Shown piece by piece: positions 62,728-64,000 of a stretch of 64,000 nucleotides of DNA; the first letter of the stretch is position 1; the number at the start of each line of letters is the position of its first letter. The DNA comes from Lama guanicoe (Eukaryota). The position numbers and the translations under genes are program-made. Location of the stretch: the NCBI GenBank assembly GCA_013239625.1, contig MU054220.1:6060626-6124625 (forward strand), written 5' to 3'. The notes beneath the pieces are model-generated. The model was not told the DNA's origin. It searched no databases and saw only the letters and a list, made by a program, of their open reading frames with translations.

Positions 62728-64000
62728 GCCATTGATCGACAAATATGCAACTTTCTGATCACAGTGATAATGTCTGGCTATCTCTCAGTCCTGACTCTTC
62801 CCCTTTATGTGGCCCCTTCCAACCTCCAGGCCCATTCTCATTGTCCTAGGTATCCAGGATCATGCCTCTTCCTATTCCAGTCTTCTGCCCCTTCCCAGTC
62901 TTGTTGATCCTCATTTACTTTCCTTTGGACATAATTCTTTATTTTATTTGTCAGTTTATTGTTAAGGCATCTACTCTGTATCTTGCTTATGGGGATTTCC
63001 TTTTTGTTTTTCAGTAGACTTCTCAGAACCACCAGCTTCATGCAAATCAAATACGTTGACTTTTAAAGCTATAGTTTCTAATAGACCTTTTGAGAGCTTA
63101 TATTAAAAATTGAAAACTGAATATATTTCCCTTTGAATTAGTGGCATAGTAATCTAATTCTCCTTGAGTTTTGTCACAGTGTCCAGTATATAAATAAATA
63201 CTCAATAAGTGTTAGCTATTACGAACTACTGCCACTATTTTTCTTATTAGTATTACTACTACTGATGCAAAAGACCTAACAGGTATTTAAGAATAGAGGT
63301 AGGGCATAAACTCAGATGTGTGGGTTCTAAGTCTAGCAATCACTTAAACAGAAAAAGCTTATTTTAAAAGGGTTAATTTGTCAGATGTTTGCTACATGGC
63401 CTAGAGGAACTAGCGAATGGAGGAACCATCTTCACATGGTTCCCTGACTGAGGGACGCTCAGTAATGTGGAATGAATTAATGAATTTGTGTTAATGGAAG
63501 GGGAATACTAAAATAAATGTCAGGTGCAGTGAGTAGCTGTAGAAATGGGATGAGTATAAATTTAGACTAACATGAGAGAAAAAGCAAGTTCCAGTTGTAG
63601 GTTATCACAGGTGTAGACACTGACACACATACATGCTTATACACAAACATTAGAAAAATGGCTTTATTACAGGCACTTCAGCTATTATGCCCATAAATGT
63701 AAATTAAAACATGAAGAAAGAGAAACGAAACACAAATGAGAAAAAAAAGATGAGAGGAAGAACTGAGAGAAGACAAAAGTAAAAGAGAGAAAGTAACGAG
63801 ATTAAGTGATTGCTTAGGAAGGTCTCTCAAAAACAAAATCTCAGTTCTGAATGTTAGAACTTTCTAAATTATATTCATTAGCTATTTTTTGAGTGTCTTC
63901 TCTTCTCTACTAGACTACAATCTCCTTAAAGCAAGCAGTAGCCTTGCAATGATGATCTTTGTAACTTCCTTCGTGTGTTGTGTAGACAATATACTTAATA

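Noticed and set aside
63437..63454. tRNA-Glu PBS-like TGGTTCCCTGAC after CA
   Set aside because: No LTR upstream; the context (gctcagtaatgtggaatgaattaatgaat) looks like an L2 3' tail
1..64000. Short ORFs of the six-frame track as protein-coding genes
   Set aside because: All are 122 aa or less, mostly inside L1/L2/LTR relics, with no recognisable domains except the ZBTB5, L1 ORF2, hAT and env remnants listed

Overview
AT-rich, repeat-dense eutherian mammalian DNA. The young L1 3' ends look artiodactyl, and I see no Alu, Bov-A/BovB, PRE1 or Can-SINE, so a camelid is a plausible guess (inference). I find no intact protein-coding gene; the ORF track is almost all repeat-derived or random. Main non-trivial content: (1) an orphan, probably bidirectional CpG-island promoter at ~14.85-15.34 kb with duplicated NRF1-like sites, a CRE, a YY1 motif and splice donors on both strands, plus a clean 108-bp + strand candidate exon; (2) a degraded, 5'-truncated processed pseudogene of ZBTB5 on the - strand (~24.57-27.35 kb), with a + strand ERV LTR inserted in its presumed 3'UTR and pointing antisense into the coding remnant; (3) a hAT/Blackjack-type transposase fossil, an ERV1 env-tail/PPT/3'LTR remnant, a twin-primed L1, and many L1/L2/MIR/MLT/MER relics. 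Best hypothesis, untested: a non-coding locus makes RNA antisense to ZBTB5 (lncRNA, piRNA or endo-siRNA source) from the CpG promoter and/or the LTR. Repeat family names come from recalled consensus features, not from a database search, and old-repeat boundaries are approximate.
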